Of a DNA stretch of 64,000 bases, positions 9,528 to 17,162 are shown piece after piece. Under the pieces are notes generated by a model. The model saw only the letters and a list, made by a program, of their open reading frames with translations, ran no database searches and was not told the origin of the DNA. Source of the stretch: Methanobacteriota archaeon. GTDB taxonomy: Archaea > Thermoplasmatota > Thermoplasmata > Methanomassiliicoccales > UBA472. Location of the stretch: contig JAJFUT010000073.1 of the NCBI GenBank assembly GCA_021372315.1, positions 29,677 through 93,676 of the forward strand, read 5' to 3'. Positions within the stretch are counted from its first letter, which is position 1. The number at the start of each line of letters is the position of its first letter. Made by a program: the position numbers and the translations under genes.

Positions 9528-10595
9528 TCAGATGACCTGGGTGATCGTCGCGATCTTTTCCGCGGCCTCGGCCGTAAGGCCCATACCAAGGATAGTGAAG
9601 CGGTCCTTCCTCACCTTGTTGGCCATGACCAACGCCTGTACAACCTGCTCCTTCGTGATGCCCAGCTCCCTCGCGGTCGTAGGGGCGCCTATCTTGATCA
9701 AGGCGTCCTTTATGCGATGCCAGTCACCTCCGTGCAGGTACATCATCATAATGCAGCCTACCCCGCACTGCTCTCCGTGCAGGGCCTTTCCCGGCGCGAT
9801 CAGGTCAAGGGCGTGCGAGAACATGTGCTCGGAGCCGCTCGTCGGCCGAGAGTTCCCTGCAACGCTCATGCTGATCCCCGAAATGATAATCGGCCTGATC
9901 GCGATCCAGACGCTCTCCTCGAGGCCCGGGCGGATCAGGTCCGCGTTCTCGATCACTGTCTCCGCCGTGTAACTTGCCAGCGAGTACGCGGATCTGCTGA
10001 AGCTCTCGTTCCTCAGCCTCTTCGCGAACTCCCAGTCCAACAGGGCGGTCGAGTTCGATATGACGTCCGCGCATCCTGCTGCCAGGAGGCGGAACGGTGA
10101 TTGCACGATGATCTCGGTGTCGGCGATGACCCCGAGGGGGACCTTCGCGTCCATGGACGTCGGTCCCTTTATGTTCTTGATAGAGGCCCTTCCGGACGCT
10201 ATACCGTCGTGCGAAGCGGAGGTGGGCATGGAGATGAACTCGAGATTGCATTCCTTCGCGGCCATCTTGGCGAGGTCGATCTTGCTTCCCCCGCCTATCC
10301 CCAGAAGGAAATTGGCCTTGGTGTCCTTGACCGCTTGAACGACCTTCTTCAGATTGTCGTCCGTCGCCTCACCAACGAGTATCTCATGCACATCATACCC
10401 GTCCGCCCTTAGGCCTTCCTCAACGGTGTGCCCAGCGGCCTTTATGGTCTTCTGACCCGCGACCACCAGAGCTGTTCCCGACAACGCGAAGTCCCTGCAG
10501 ACCTGGGGGGCCATTCTTATGACGCCATGCCCGACAAGGACGTTCCTCGGAAAAACCATTGAGCGAGCCTTGGTGAAGTCGCCTTCTTCCATCAA
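9528..10595 (-). CDS. egsA: sn-Glycerol-1-phosphate dehydrogenase (archaeal lipid backbone enzyme)
   Basis: Iron-ADH/G1PDH fold motifs: FPRNVLVGHGVI, LLGIGGGSKIDLAKMAA, SASHDGIASGRASI, SGSEHMFSHALD. Confidence 0.9.
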   Translation of the reverse strand: MMEEGDFTKARSMVFPRNVLVGHGVIRMAPQVCRDFALSGTALVVAGQKTIKAAGHTVEEGLRADGYDVHEILVGEATDDNLKKVVQAVKDTKANFLLGIGGGSKIDLAKMAAKECNLEFISMPTSASHDGIASGRASIKNIKGPTSMDAKVPLGVIADTEIIVQSPFRLLAAGCADVISNSTALLDWEFAKRLRNESFSRSAYSLASYTAETVIENADLIRPGLEESVWIAIRPIIISGISMSVAGNSRPTSGSEHMFSHALDLIAPGKALHGEQCGVGCIMMMYLHGGDWHRIKDALIKIGAPTTARELGITKEQVVQALVMANKVRKDRFTILGMGLTAEAAEKIATITQVI

Positions 10596-11116
10596 AGCAC
10601 CCTGAACGTCTCCATATATCGGTCCTCATTATTTAGTTATTGGTAGTGCCTTTTTCATCTGGCCATATCATCGCGATAAGCTCGAACGGAAAAAGGACGG
10701 GTTACAGATGCAAAGTTCCCTAATGATCAGAACGGAGGAGAAAGCAACTCGGGCGGGGCGCAAGGTGGAACATGTTTCTTTCGGAGGAGAATAGGGGAAT
10801 GAGCTCCAGACCCGAGTGCTATATTTCGAGTGATATGAGGTCATATATAAAAGGAAATTGATTCCAAAAATAATCAAATCGTAAATAGTTTGAACAATAT
10901 AATTTATATAATAATAGAAATGGATATGAACTAATAAAAAATATTTAATTCTAAAGACGATTCCAATAGAACATCAATTATCACAGCTTATATCTGGTAT
11001 ATTCTACACGACGCCTCAATACACAATACAATAAAATAGAACATTTCATTACATTTATTCCGATTCAGAGTTGCTATTTAGGAAAACACAGATAAATACG
11101 AAGGGGATACTCATAG

Positions 11117-11142
11117 TATCATTATAGGGTATCATTATAGGG
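11117..11142 (+). repeat. Perfect tandem duplication of the 13-nt unit TATCATTATAGGG, ending 9 nt upstream of the response-regulator ATG
   Basis: Read directly: 11117-11129 and 11130-11142 are identical. Each unit carries a TATA-like ATTATA. Confidence 0.8.
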
Positions 11143-11150
11143 GCGTTAAC

Positions 11151-11537
11151 ATGGCAGACAGGATCAGAATTTTGATGGCCGAGGACAATCCCGACCACGT
11201 AGAACTCTGTCGCGAGTACCTGCCATCCAACGAATTTTTTCTGGACGCCGCCAAGAACGGGAAGGAAGCGTTGCAGAAGGCAAGGACGTCGAAGTATGAC
11301 ATAATAGTCCTCGACTACATGCTTCCCGATGTAACAGGCGCGCAGCTCCTTAAGGACATTCGCGCGTTCGAGAAGAAAACCCCGATCATCTTCGTCACGG
11401 CCATGGACGATCCCGACATCAGTTTCCAGGTCCTCAAGAACGGAGCGTCGGATTATGTGCCGAAGACGTTCCAATACTACGAGGTGCTCAAGGAGCGGAT
11501 CCTGGAGAACCTGCACGCGCACGATGAGAAGGCGTAG
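11151..11537 (+). CDS. CheY-like response regulator, receiver domain only
   Basis: RILMAEDNPDH...YDIIVLDYMLPDVTG (phospho-acceptor Asp) ...IIFVTAMDD...SDYVPKT. Confidence 0.9.
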   Translation: MADRIRILMAEDNPDHVELCREYLPSNEFFLDAAKNGKEALQKARTSKYDIIVLDYMLPDVTGAQLLKDIRAFEKKTPIIFVTAMDDPDISFQVLKNGASDYVPKTFQYYEVLKERILENLHAHDEKA

Positions 11538-11581
11538 TCTTATCTGGCAGTAATTTTATCTCATTCTCCAGGGTCTCGCCC

Positions 11582-12127
11582 ATGTTGGTCGTTGCGTTGA
11601 ATGGAAGTCCAAGGCGTTCTGGTAACACAGAACTGTTGCTGGACCGCGCTCTCGAGGGAGCCAGGTCCGCAGGGGCAGAGACGATGAGGATCGACGTGGC
11701 GTTCCTGGACATAGGGGGCTGCCGGGAATGCGACCGATGCCGGGAGGAGGGACGCTGCGCCGTCGATGACGGGATGAGCGCCGTCTTCGAGGCATTGGAG
11801 CGGGCCGATGCTCTGATCGTCGGGACCCCGATATTCTTCTCCGGTCCCACCGGGCAGCTGAAGACGGCGATCGACAGATGCCAGAGCATCTGGGTCAACC
11901 CTCCGGCGCGCAAGGGCAGAAAGGCGGCGATCATCGCGGTCGGGGCGGATCCTCACGCAACCTTCAGGAACGCGGTCTCCGAGATAAGGTCCTTCCTCAA
12001 CACCGTCGGTTTCGCATCGAAGGAGGAGCTTTTGGTCCCCAACGTTTTCTGTAAGGGCGACATCCTATCAAAAGAGGATGAGATGGAGAGGGCCTATTCG
12101 ATCGGCAGATCTCTCGCGGTCCCCTAA
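11582..12127 (+). CDS. Iron-sulfur flavoprotein (Isf) / NADPH-dependent FMN reductase family, paralog 1
   Basis: MLVVALNGSPRRSGNTE plus the compact cluster motif CRECDRCREEGRC (C-x2-C-x2-C-x5-C), then GTPIFFSGPTGQLK. Confidence 0.85.
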   Translation: MLVVALNGSPRRSGNTELLLDRALEGARSAGAETMRIDVAFLDIGGCRECDRCREEGRCAVDDGMSAVFEALERADALIVGTPIFFSGPTGQLKTAIDRCQSIWVNPPARKGRKAAIIAVGADPHATFRNAVSEIRSFLNTVGFASKEELLVPNVFCKGDILSKEDEMERAYSIGRSLAVP

Positions 12128-12136
12128 AGGGCACAT

Positions 12137-12892
12137 TCACGGCCTGTCCGTGCCCGTGATGTTCTTCAACTCCATGACGCCCTTGTCCAGCTGCGATACC
12201 CTCATCCGCAGGAGGACGAAGGTCGCGATGACCATCGCCGCCAGGACGACCATCGAAGCTACGTCGAGGAACAGGCTCATCTCCATCATCTCACCGAGCG
12301 AGGCCACGGCGTTGAAGAAGGCGTGCAGGACGACCGCCAGGGCATAATATCTCAGCCACGTTCTCTCGCCGGTCCCCTCCCTGTACCATCGTGCTATCCC
12401 ATACCCCGTCACCGCCGTGAAGCTGCCGTGCGCGAAGGCGGCCGTGACCGAACGGACGCAAACGAGGAACACTGCCATGAGCAGCCCTTCCGAGGCCGTG
12501 GTGAACCCGTAGAGGACGTTCTCCACAATGGCGAAGCCCAGGCCGACGGCGGCACCGTAGACGATGCCGCTCTCGAGCCGGTTCAGCTTCTTCTTGAAAA
12601 GCATGACGCAGGCAGCCTTGACCAGTTCCTCAGCTATCGGCGCCAGCAATATCGAGGTGAGGAGGATCGACGCGGTCTCGCTCATGTAGAGGATCGAGAA
12701 CGGGAGCAGGAGGACCAACGTCAGCGCACCTCCGCCGAAGACGCCGATCGTCGCGCCAGATAGGAGCGCCTTCAGGACATCGTCGAGATCGTCGGGCTCG
12801 TACCTGTCCGCGCTCCTCAGCCACAGCAGATACGCCACAGGTGGAAGTACCGATATCAGCGAAACGACTGCCAGATCGATGAACCAGGCCAT
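12137..12892 (-). CDS. PrsW-family intramembrane protease
   Basis: Polytopic membrane protein with the PIAEELVKA and FAHGSFTAVTGYG motifs characteristic of PrsW. Confidence 0.75.
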   Translation of the reverse strand: MAWFIDLAVVSLISVLPPVAYLLWLRSADRYEPDDLDDVLKALLSGATIGVFGGGALTLVLLLPFSILYMSETASILLTSILLAPIAEELVKAACVMLFKKKLNRLESGIVYGAAVGLGFAIVENVLYGFTTASEGLLMAVFLVCVRSVTAAFAHGSFTAVTGYGIARWYREGTGERTWLRYYALAVVLHAFFNAVASLGEMMEMSLFLDVASMVVLAAMVIATFVLLRMRVSQLDKGVMELKNITGTDRP

Positions 12893-12900
12893 GCTCTCAC

Positions 12901-13920
12901 TTACGAACCGTCGGAGCGGTTATTAACAATGTTCGACGGCGGTTCGCTCGAGGTGAGCGCATCAGATTGCGCTTCCCTATCGAAGGCGGCGACCAGTTCG
13001 GGCGTGAACGGGTCCAATATCGCCCCGTCCGCCCCCAGTTCCTTGATCGATTCCACCTGCGCAAGGTCAACGCCCCCACCTGCTATGATCTTGACCCCGA
13101 GCCCCTTCGCCCTCATGATCAGGTCCTCGCCGTGGAACCCGCCCTTGCCGAGGCCCCACAGGTCCATGACGGCTATGGTGTCGTATCCCATGTCCTTGAG
13201 CGCCCTCACGGCGTCCTCCAGTTTCTCGGGGTTGCCGTTCTTCTTGGACCAGACGACCGTCCTTTCATGGCAGAGGCAGGGGACGCAGCGGTCCGTCATC
13301 TCGATGATGTCCTCGAATATATCGATCGAAGGCACGGCCCAGGTGCAGGCGATGACCTCCCATGCGCCCATCGTGAAGCAGTCGTATACGTCCTGCTCGT
13401 TCCGGATGCCTATGTCCAGGCTGACATCGGCCTTCTTCCTGAGCACCTTCTGAAGTTCGGTCACACGGGCGCTGCCCGTAAGCGTGCCCTCGACGTCGAC
13501 GATGAACGTCCTGATGGTCCTATAGACCTCCTTCGAGGCGGTCCTCCAGTATTCCTTGAACGGCGTCCTCATCGAACCAGGGACCAGTCTGCCGTTCCAT
13601 GAGATATCGGAGACGAACGCCTCTCCCTTCCGGTCGTCCCAGACGAGGGGCATCATAGGAATGGTTCGGAAATTGTCGTCCGTCTTGTCATCGCGGTCCC
13701 AGACGAAGGCGATGTACTCCTCCCAGCTGGCGAACTCCATCGGCACTGCAACGCGTCCACACTTGTGGCATTTGAACGTGCCGTCATCGTTGTCGAGCTG
13801 GGCCATCGGACCGCCGATGAGCGCGACCTCGTCGATCTCGTGACTGAAGCAATAGGGACAGACCCTGACCCTTCCCTCCCATTCGTCATCGTTCACGTCA
13901 ATCCACACCTTCCAGCGCAT
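12901..13920 (-). CDS. Fusion protein: N-terminal zinc-ribbon domain plus C-terminal HisA/HisF-like TIM barrel
   Basis: N-terminus has CPYC...x31...CHKC (4-Cys ribbon). C-terminal half shows HisA/F-like strand-loop motifs IVDVEG, DIGIRNEQDV, IAVMDLWGLGKGGFHG and IIAGGGVDLAQVESIKELGADGAIL. Confidence 0.6.
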   Translation of the reverse strand: MRWKVWIDVNDDEWEGRVRVCPYCFSHEIDEVALIGGPMAQLDNDDGTFKCHKCGRVAVPMEFASWEEYIAFVWDRDDKTDDNFRTIPMMPLVWDDRKGEAFVSDISWNGRLVPGSMRTPFKEYWRTASKEVYRTIRTFIVDVEGTLTGSARVTELQKVLRKKADVSLDIGIRNEQDVYDCFTMGAWEVIACTWAVPSIDIFEDIIEMTDRCVPCLCHERTVVWSKKNGNPEKLEDAVRALKDMGYDTIAVMDLWGLGKGGFHGEDLIMRAKGLGVKIIAGGGVDLAQVESIKELGADGAILDPFTPELVAAFDREAQSDALTSSEPPSNIVNNRSDGS

Positions 13921-13936
13921 TTAAAAATGTATTCGG

Positions 13937-14509
13937 TCAGGGAAGGATGAACGTGACCGCGTCGCTCACTGCGTTCTGCGCGTGGTAGTTGTTCATTATG
14001 TCCTTCGGGTCCCCGGTCCCAGGGACGATGGTCGAGAGGACCATGTCGAACCCGAGCAGGTTAACGAACACCTTGAAGAACTTCGTGTTCTCGTAATTGT
14101 AGATCTTATCGCCGTCCTTCAGCTTGCAGGTCATGATCGTGACGGCCTTCTTCCCCTTGGGCACGAGGCTCCCGGGGTTCCCGTCCTTGTCGGGCTGGAA
14201 CAGGCTGTTGAACCGGTCGATGAGGCATTTCGTCTGGCCGGTCTCCGCGCCCATGTACATCGGGGAGCCCAGGACGACGACGTCGGACACCATTATCTCG
14301 TCCTTTATTATGGTCATGTCATCGTCGATGCTGCACACCCCCGTCCCTCTGCACCTCTGACACCCCCTGCAGCCCGAGATGTCCATCTCCGCCGTGTCAT
14401 ACCATCGGACATCGGCGCCTTTAGCTTCGCAGGACCTCCTTATCTCGCCTAGCACCCTGGCGGTGTTGCCTGTCTTGTTGGGGCTTGTACATATGAAGAG
14501 CACGCGCAT
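13937..14509 (-). CDS. Iron-sulfur flavoprotein (Isf) / FMN reductase family, paralog 2
   Basis: MRVLFICTSPNKTGNT, CRGCQRCRGTGVC (C-x2-C-x2-C-x5-C), GSPMYMGAETGQTK. Confidence 0.85.
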   Translation of the reverse strand: MRVLFICTSPNKTGNTARVLGEIRRSCEAKGADVRWYDTAEMDISGCRGCQRCRGTGVCSIDDDMTIIKDEIMVSDVVVLGSPMYMGAETGQTKCLIDRFNSLFQPDKDGNPGSLVPKGKKAVTIMTCKLKDGDKIYNYENTKFFKVFVNLLGFDMVLSTIVPGTGDPKDIMNNYHAQNAVSDAVTFILP

Positions 14510-14598
14510 TATTCGACCTTCTCTCCGATGACCGGAACATAGGTGGAAAGGCGAAGGACTGGATATATCTTCGGTCAGACCCTTCTCGATCTCATCGT

Positions 14599-14877
14599 TC
14601 AGGTTCGATGTCGTTCTCGTAGTCGAGACCTTTGCCTGGCCGGTATATGACGGCCGCCATGAACCCCATCAGGCGGAACGCCATGCCCGAGATCCACGTC
14701 CATCATCACCGGTCCGACCATTGCTATGCCTGGAAGGGCCTGAACGAGCATGATCTCGATGAACATGACCATCAATGCGATGAACGCCATCACGAGAAGG
14801 ATTATGCCGTTCCCTCTCAGGCTGAGCCTATCCTCCGATGGAGCTTCGGTCTTATGGCCGGTCATTTCGGACATCAA
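14599..14877 (-). pseudogene. Possible 5' remnant of an MFS (DHA2-like) transporter gene, or a small membrane ORF
   Basis: IILLVMAFIALMVMFIEIMLVQALPGI resembles TM1 of an MFS N-terminus (FM..LD.TIVNVALP.I). The rest of the ORF is non-protein-like, and no continuation exists in any frame. Confidence 0.25.
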
Positions 14878-14974
14878 TAATCATCTAAACTTCGGGGAGG
14901 TCAAATGAACCGGACCATATGGTATTATCTCAAGCATACCAGTTATTATAATCGCTCCTCACTTTACACCATCC

Positions 14975-15868
14975 ATGGAAAGGTCTCTCGTCGTCGGCGG
15001 AAGCGGGCTGCTCGGCCAAAATCTGGTCAGGGAGCTGAGGGCGTCGGGAGAGGACGTCCTTTCCACATACAGCTCGAACGAGGCGTCAGCGTCCAGGGAA
15101 GGTTTCGTCAAGCTAGACATACGCGATCCCGATGCCGTCGCCGAACTGCTCTACTCGTTCTCTCCGCGGCACGTCTACCTTCCCGCGGCCATGACCAACG
15201 TCGATCAGTGCGAGAGGTCCCCGACGCAGGCTTGGGACATAAACGCAGTTGGGACCATGTCCGTCGCCAAGGCCTGCAAGAACGTAGGGGCTAGGCTTCT
15301 CTACGTCTCCACCGATTACGTGTTCAGCGGCATGAAGGGGTCGAGGTACTACGAGTTCGACAACCCCGACCCGGTCAACATCTACGGGCAGACGAAGCTG
15401 GAAGGGGAGAGGGTGACGCTCGATGCGGACCGGCACAACCTAGTCTGCAGGGTGTCCGTGCTCTACGGTCGCAGCGAGAGCGGAAAATTAAATTTTGTTA
15501 CGTGGCTCATGGGCGAGCTAATGAAGGGCAACAAGGTGAGGGTGTTCCACGACCAGTACGTCTCCCCGACATACGCTCCGCATTGCGCCAAGGTGATGGT
15601 CAAGCTCATGGGCTCGGAGGAGAAAGGGGTATTCCACACATCGGGGCCCGATTGCATCAACCGATACGACATGGCGGTGGCCATCGCGAACGAGATGGGG
15701 ATGGACGCCGCATCGATCGAGAAGGTCGCCACCGCGGACGGAGGGCTTCTGGCCAGAAGGCCTGAGGTGTCATGTCTCAGCGTCGACATGGCCGAGTCCG
15801 TGCTCGACTTGGCCATGATGCCCTTCAAGGAAGGCATCTCCCTGATGAACAGGCCCAACGGCCGATGA
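14975..15868 (+). CDS. rfbD: dTDP-4-dehydrorhamnose reductase-like SDR (RmlD family)
   Basis: VVGGSGLLGQNL Rossmann motif. YVSTDYVFSG...NIYGQTKLEGE matches the RmlD signature. Confidence 0.8.
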   Translation: MERSLVVGGSGLLGQNLVRELRASGEDVLSTYSSNEASASREGFVKLDIRDPDAVAELLYSFSPRHVYLPAAMTNVDQCERSPTQAWDINAVGTMSVAKACKNVGARLLYVSTDYVFSGMKGSRYYEFDNPDPVNIYGQTKLEGERVTLDADRHNLVCRVSVLYGRSESGKLNFVTWLMGELMKGNKVRVFHDQYVSPTYAPHCAKVMVKLMGSEEKGVFHTSGPDCINRYDMAVAIANEMGMDAASIEKVATADGGLLARRPEVSCLSVDMAESVLDLAMMPFKEGISLMNRPNGR

Positions 15869-16009
15869 ACGGGGACGTGCGAACGACCCCGCACGCCCTT
15901 GGGCACATGCTAATCGTTCGGAGAGCGAACGGTCTCCAGCGAATCTCATATATACGCGATGGTTCGTTTTTTTCGCCAATGCTCCCACTGGACGCACGAG
16001 GGGCAGGGA

Positions 16010-17146
16010 ATGATCGCGATGACAGATGACAAGGGTTCAAGGATAGGCGTATTCGTCTGCGGATGCGGAGGCCAGATCGGTCTCAGTCTCGACGTCGGAA
16101 AGGTGGTCGGGACAGCGAGGGAGGCCGAGGACGTGGTCTTCGTCAAGAAGGTGGACTTCCTCTGCCACGCGCATTCAAGGGACGAGATCTCCGAGGCCAT
16201 CAGAACGGAGAGGCTTGACAGGATCGTCGTCGCTGCATGCAGCCCGAACCTCTATCTGAAGGATTTCCAGGATTCGATAGAGAAGGCTGGCCTCAACAAG
16301 CTCATGATCGAGATGGCGAACATCCGCGAACAGATCGCCTGGGTCCATTTCGAGGACAAGGAGGCGGCCACGCGCAAGGCGGAGGACATGGTGAGCATGG
16401 CGGTCGCCAAGGTCAGGCTCCAGCTGCCGAGCGAGTCAGGCAATGTCGCGTTCGTCAACAAGGACCGCTGCACCGGATGCGGCATCTGCGAGTCGGTGTG
16501 CAACATCAACGCCGTTCAGCTGGCGCCCGACAAGGATTATGAAGGGAAGCGCAGGGCGACCGTGAACCCGAAGGCGTGCGTGGGATGCGGGGCGTGCGTC
16601 TCCTCCTGCCCGACGTCGGCGCTCGATCAGACATATTTCTCGAACAAGCAGATGCTGGCGCAGATAGAGGACGTGCTGTCGAGGAAGGACGAAAGCGGGG
16701 AGCGCCCGAACGTGCTGGTGTTCAACTGCAACTGGTGCTCGTACTCCTCGGCCGACAGGGCGGGACTGATGAGGTTCGCCATCGACCCTGCGTTCCGGAC
16801 GATCAGGGTCATGTGCTCGGCGCGCATCGACCCGGAATGGATAATCAAGGCGCTGTCATTGGGAGCGGACGGGATTCTCGTCCTCGCGGGCAAGCCCGGA
16901 AGATGCCATTACGAGACCGGCAACATGAGGACTAGGAAGAGGATGACCCTCCTGAACATGGTCTTCAAGGAGCTGGGATTCGACGAGAAGCGCTTCCAGA
17001 TGGGTTATGTCGACTCGGAGCAGCCCGAACTGTACGCGAAGGTCGTTAACGATTACATCAAGGTCGTAAGGGAGCTTGGGCCCAACCCCATAGAGCCGAC
17101 GACGATAGTCGACCCCGTTCGTGTGGAGCTCCCTCAGGGCTTCTGA
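16010..17146 (+). CDS. HdrA C-terminal-like / 2x[4Fe-4S] ferredoxin / MvhD fusion protein
   Basis: IGVFVCGCGGQIG...RIVVAACSPNLY...ANIREQIAWVH is the HdrA C-terminal pattern. CTGCGICESVC and CVGCGACVSSCP are ferredoxin motifs. VLVFNCNWCSY...IRVMCSARIDPEWIIKAL...GADGILVLAGKPGRCHY is MvhD. The ORF opens at 15959, but a TATA-like CATATATA at about 15945 favours the ATG at 16010. Confidence 0.85.
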   Translation: MIAMTDDKGSRIGVFVCGCGGQIGLSLDVGKVVGTAREAEDVVFVKKVDFLCHAHSRDEISEAIRTERLDRIVVAACSPNLYLKDFQDSIEKAGLNKLMIEMANIREQIAWVHFEDKEAATRKAEDMVSMAVAKVRLQLPSESGNVAFVNKDRCTGCGICESVCNINAVQLAPDKDYEGKRRATVNPKACVGCGACVSSCPTSALDQTYFSNKQMLAQIEDVLSRKDESGERPNVLVFNCNWCSYSSADRAGLMRFAIDPAFRTIRVMCSARIDPEWIIKALSLGADGILVLAGKPGRCHYETGNMRTRKRMTLLNMVFKELGFDEKRFQMGYVDSEQPELYAKVVNDYIKVVRELGPNPIEPTTIVDPVRVELPQGF

Positions 17147-17162
17147 AAACCTTTTTTCTTTC

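Noticed and set aside
9503-9589. N-terminal extensions of many track ORFs. Examples: UPF0179 to 9589, Mrp to 22961, ATP-cone protein to 24975, sufB to 29057, trpF to 43463, trpG to 46069, flaG to 56027, flaB to 57981, PDGLE ORF to 40387, ABC genes from 31485/32339.
   Set aside because: The extensions are R/P/S-rich, overlap the upstream gene, and precede the point where family-conserved sequence begins. Internal ATGs with SD-like GGAGG/GGTGAT elements or stop-start overlaps give the standard operon geometry.
10668-10877. 69-aa ORF in the egsA / response-regulator intergenic region
   Set aside because: It lies partly in extremely AT-rich DNA, has odd composition (S/F/Y/C rich), and has no start context or motif. 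It is more likely promoter or leader sequence.
11535-11537. TAG stop of the response-regulator gene, considered as a possible pyrrolysine read-through because most genes here end in TGA/TAA
   Set aside because: The downstream in-frame sequence (SYLAVILSHSPGSRPCWSLR-stop) is short and not protein-like, and the receiver domain is already complete at the TAG.
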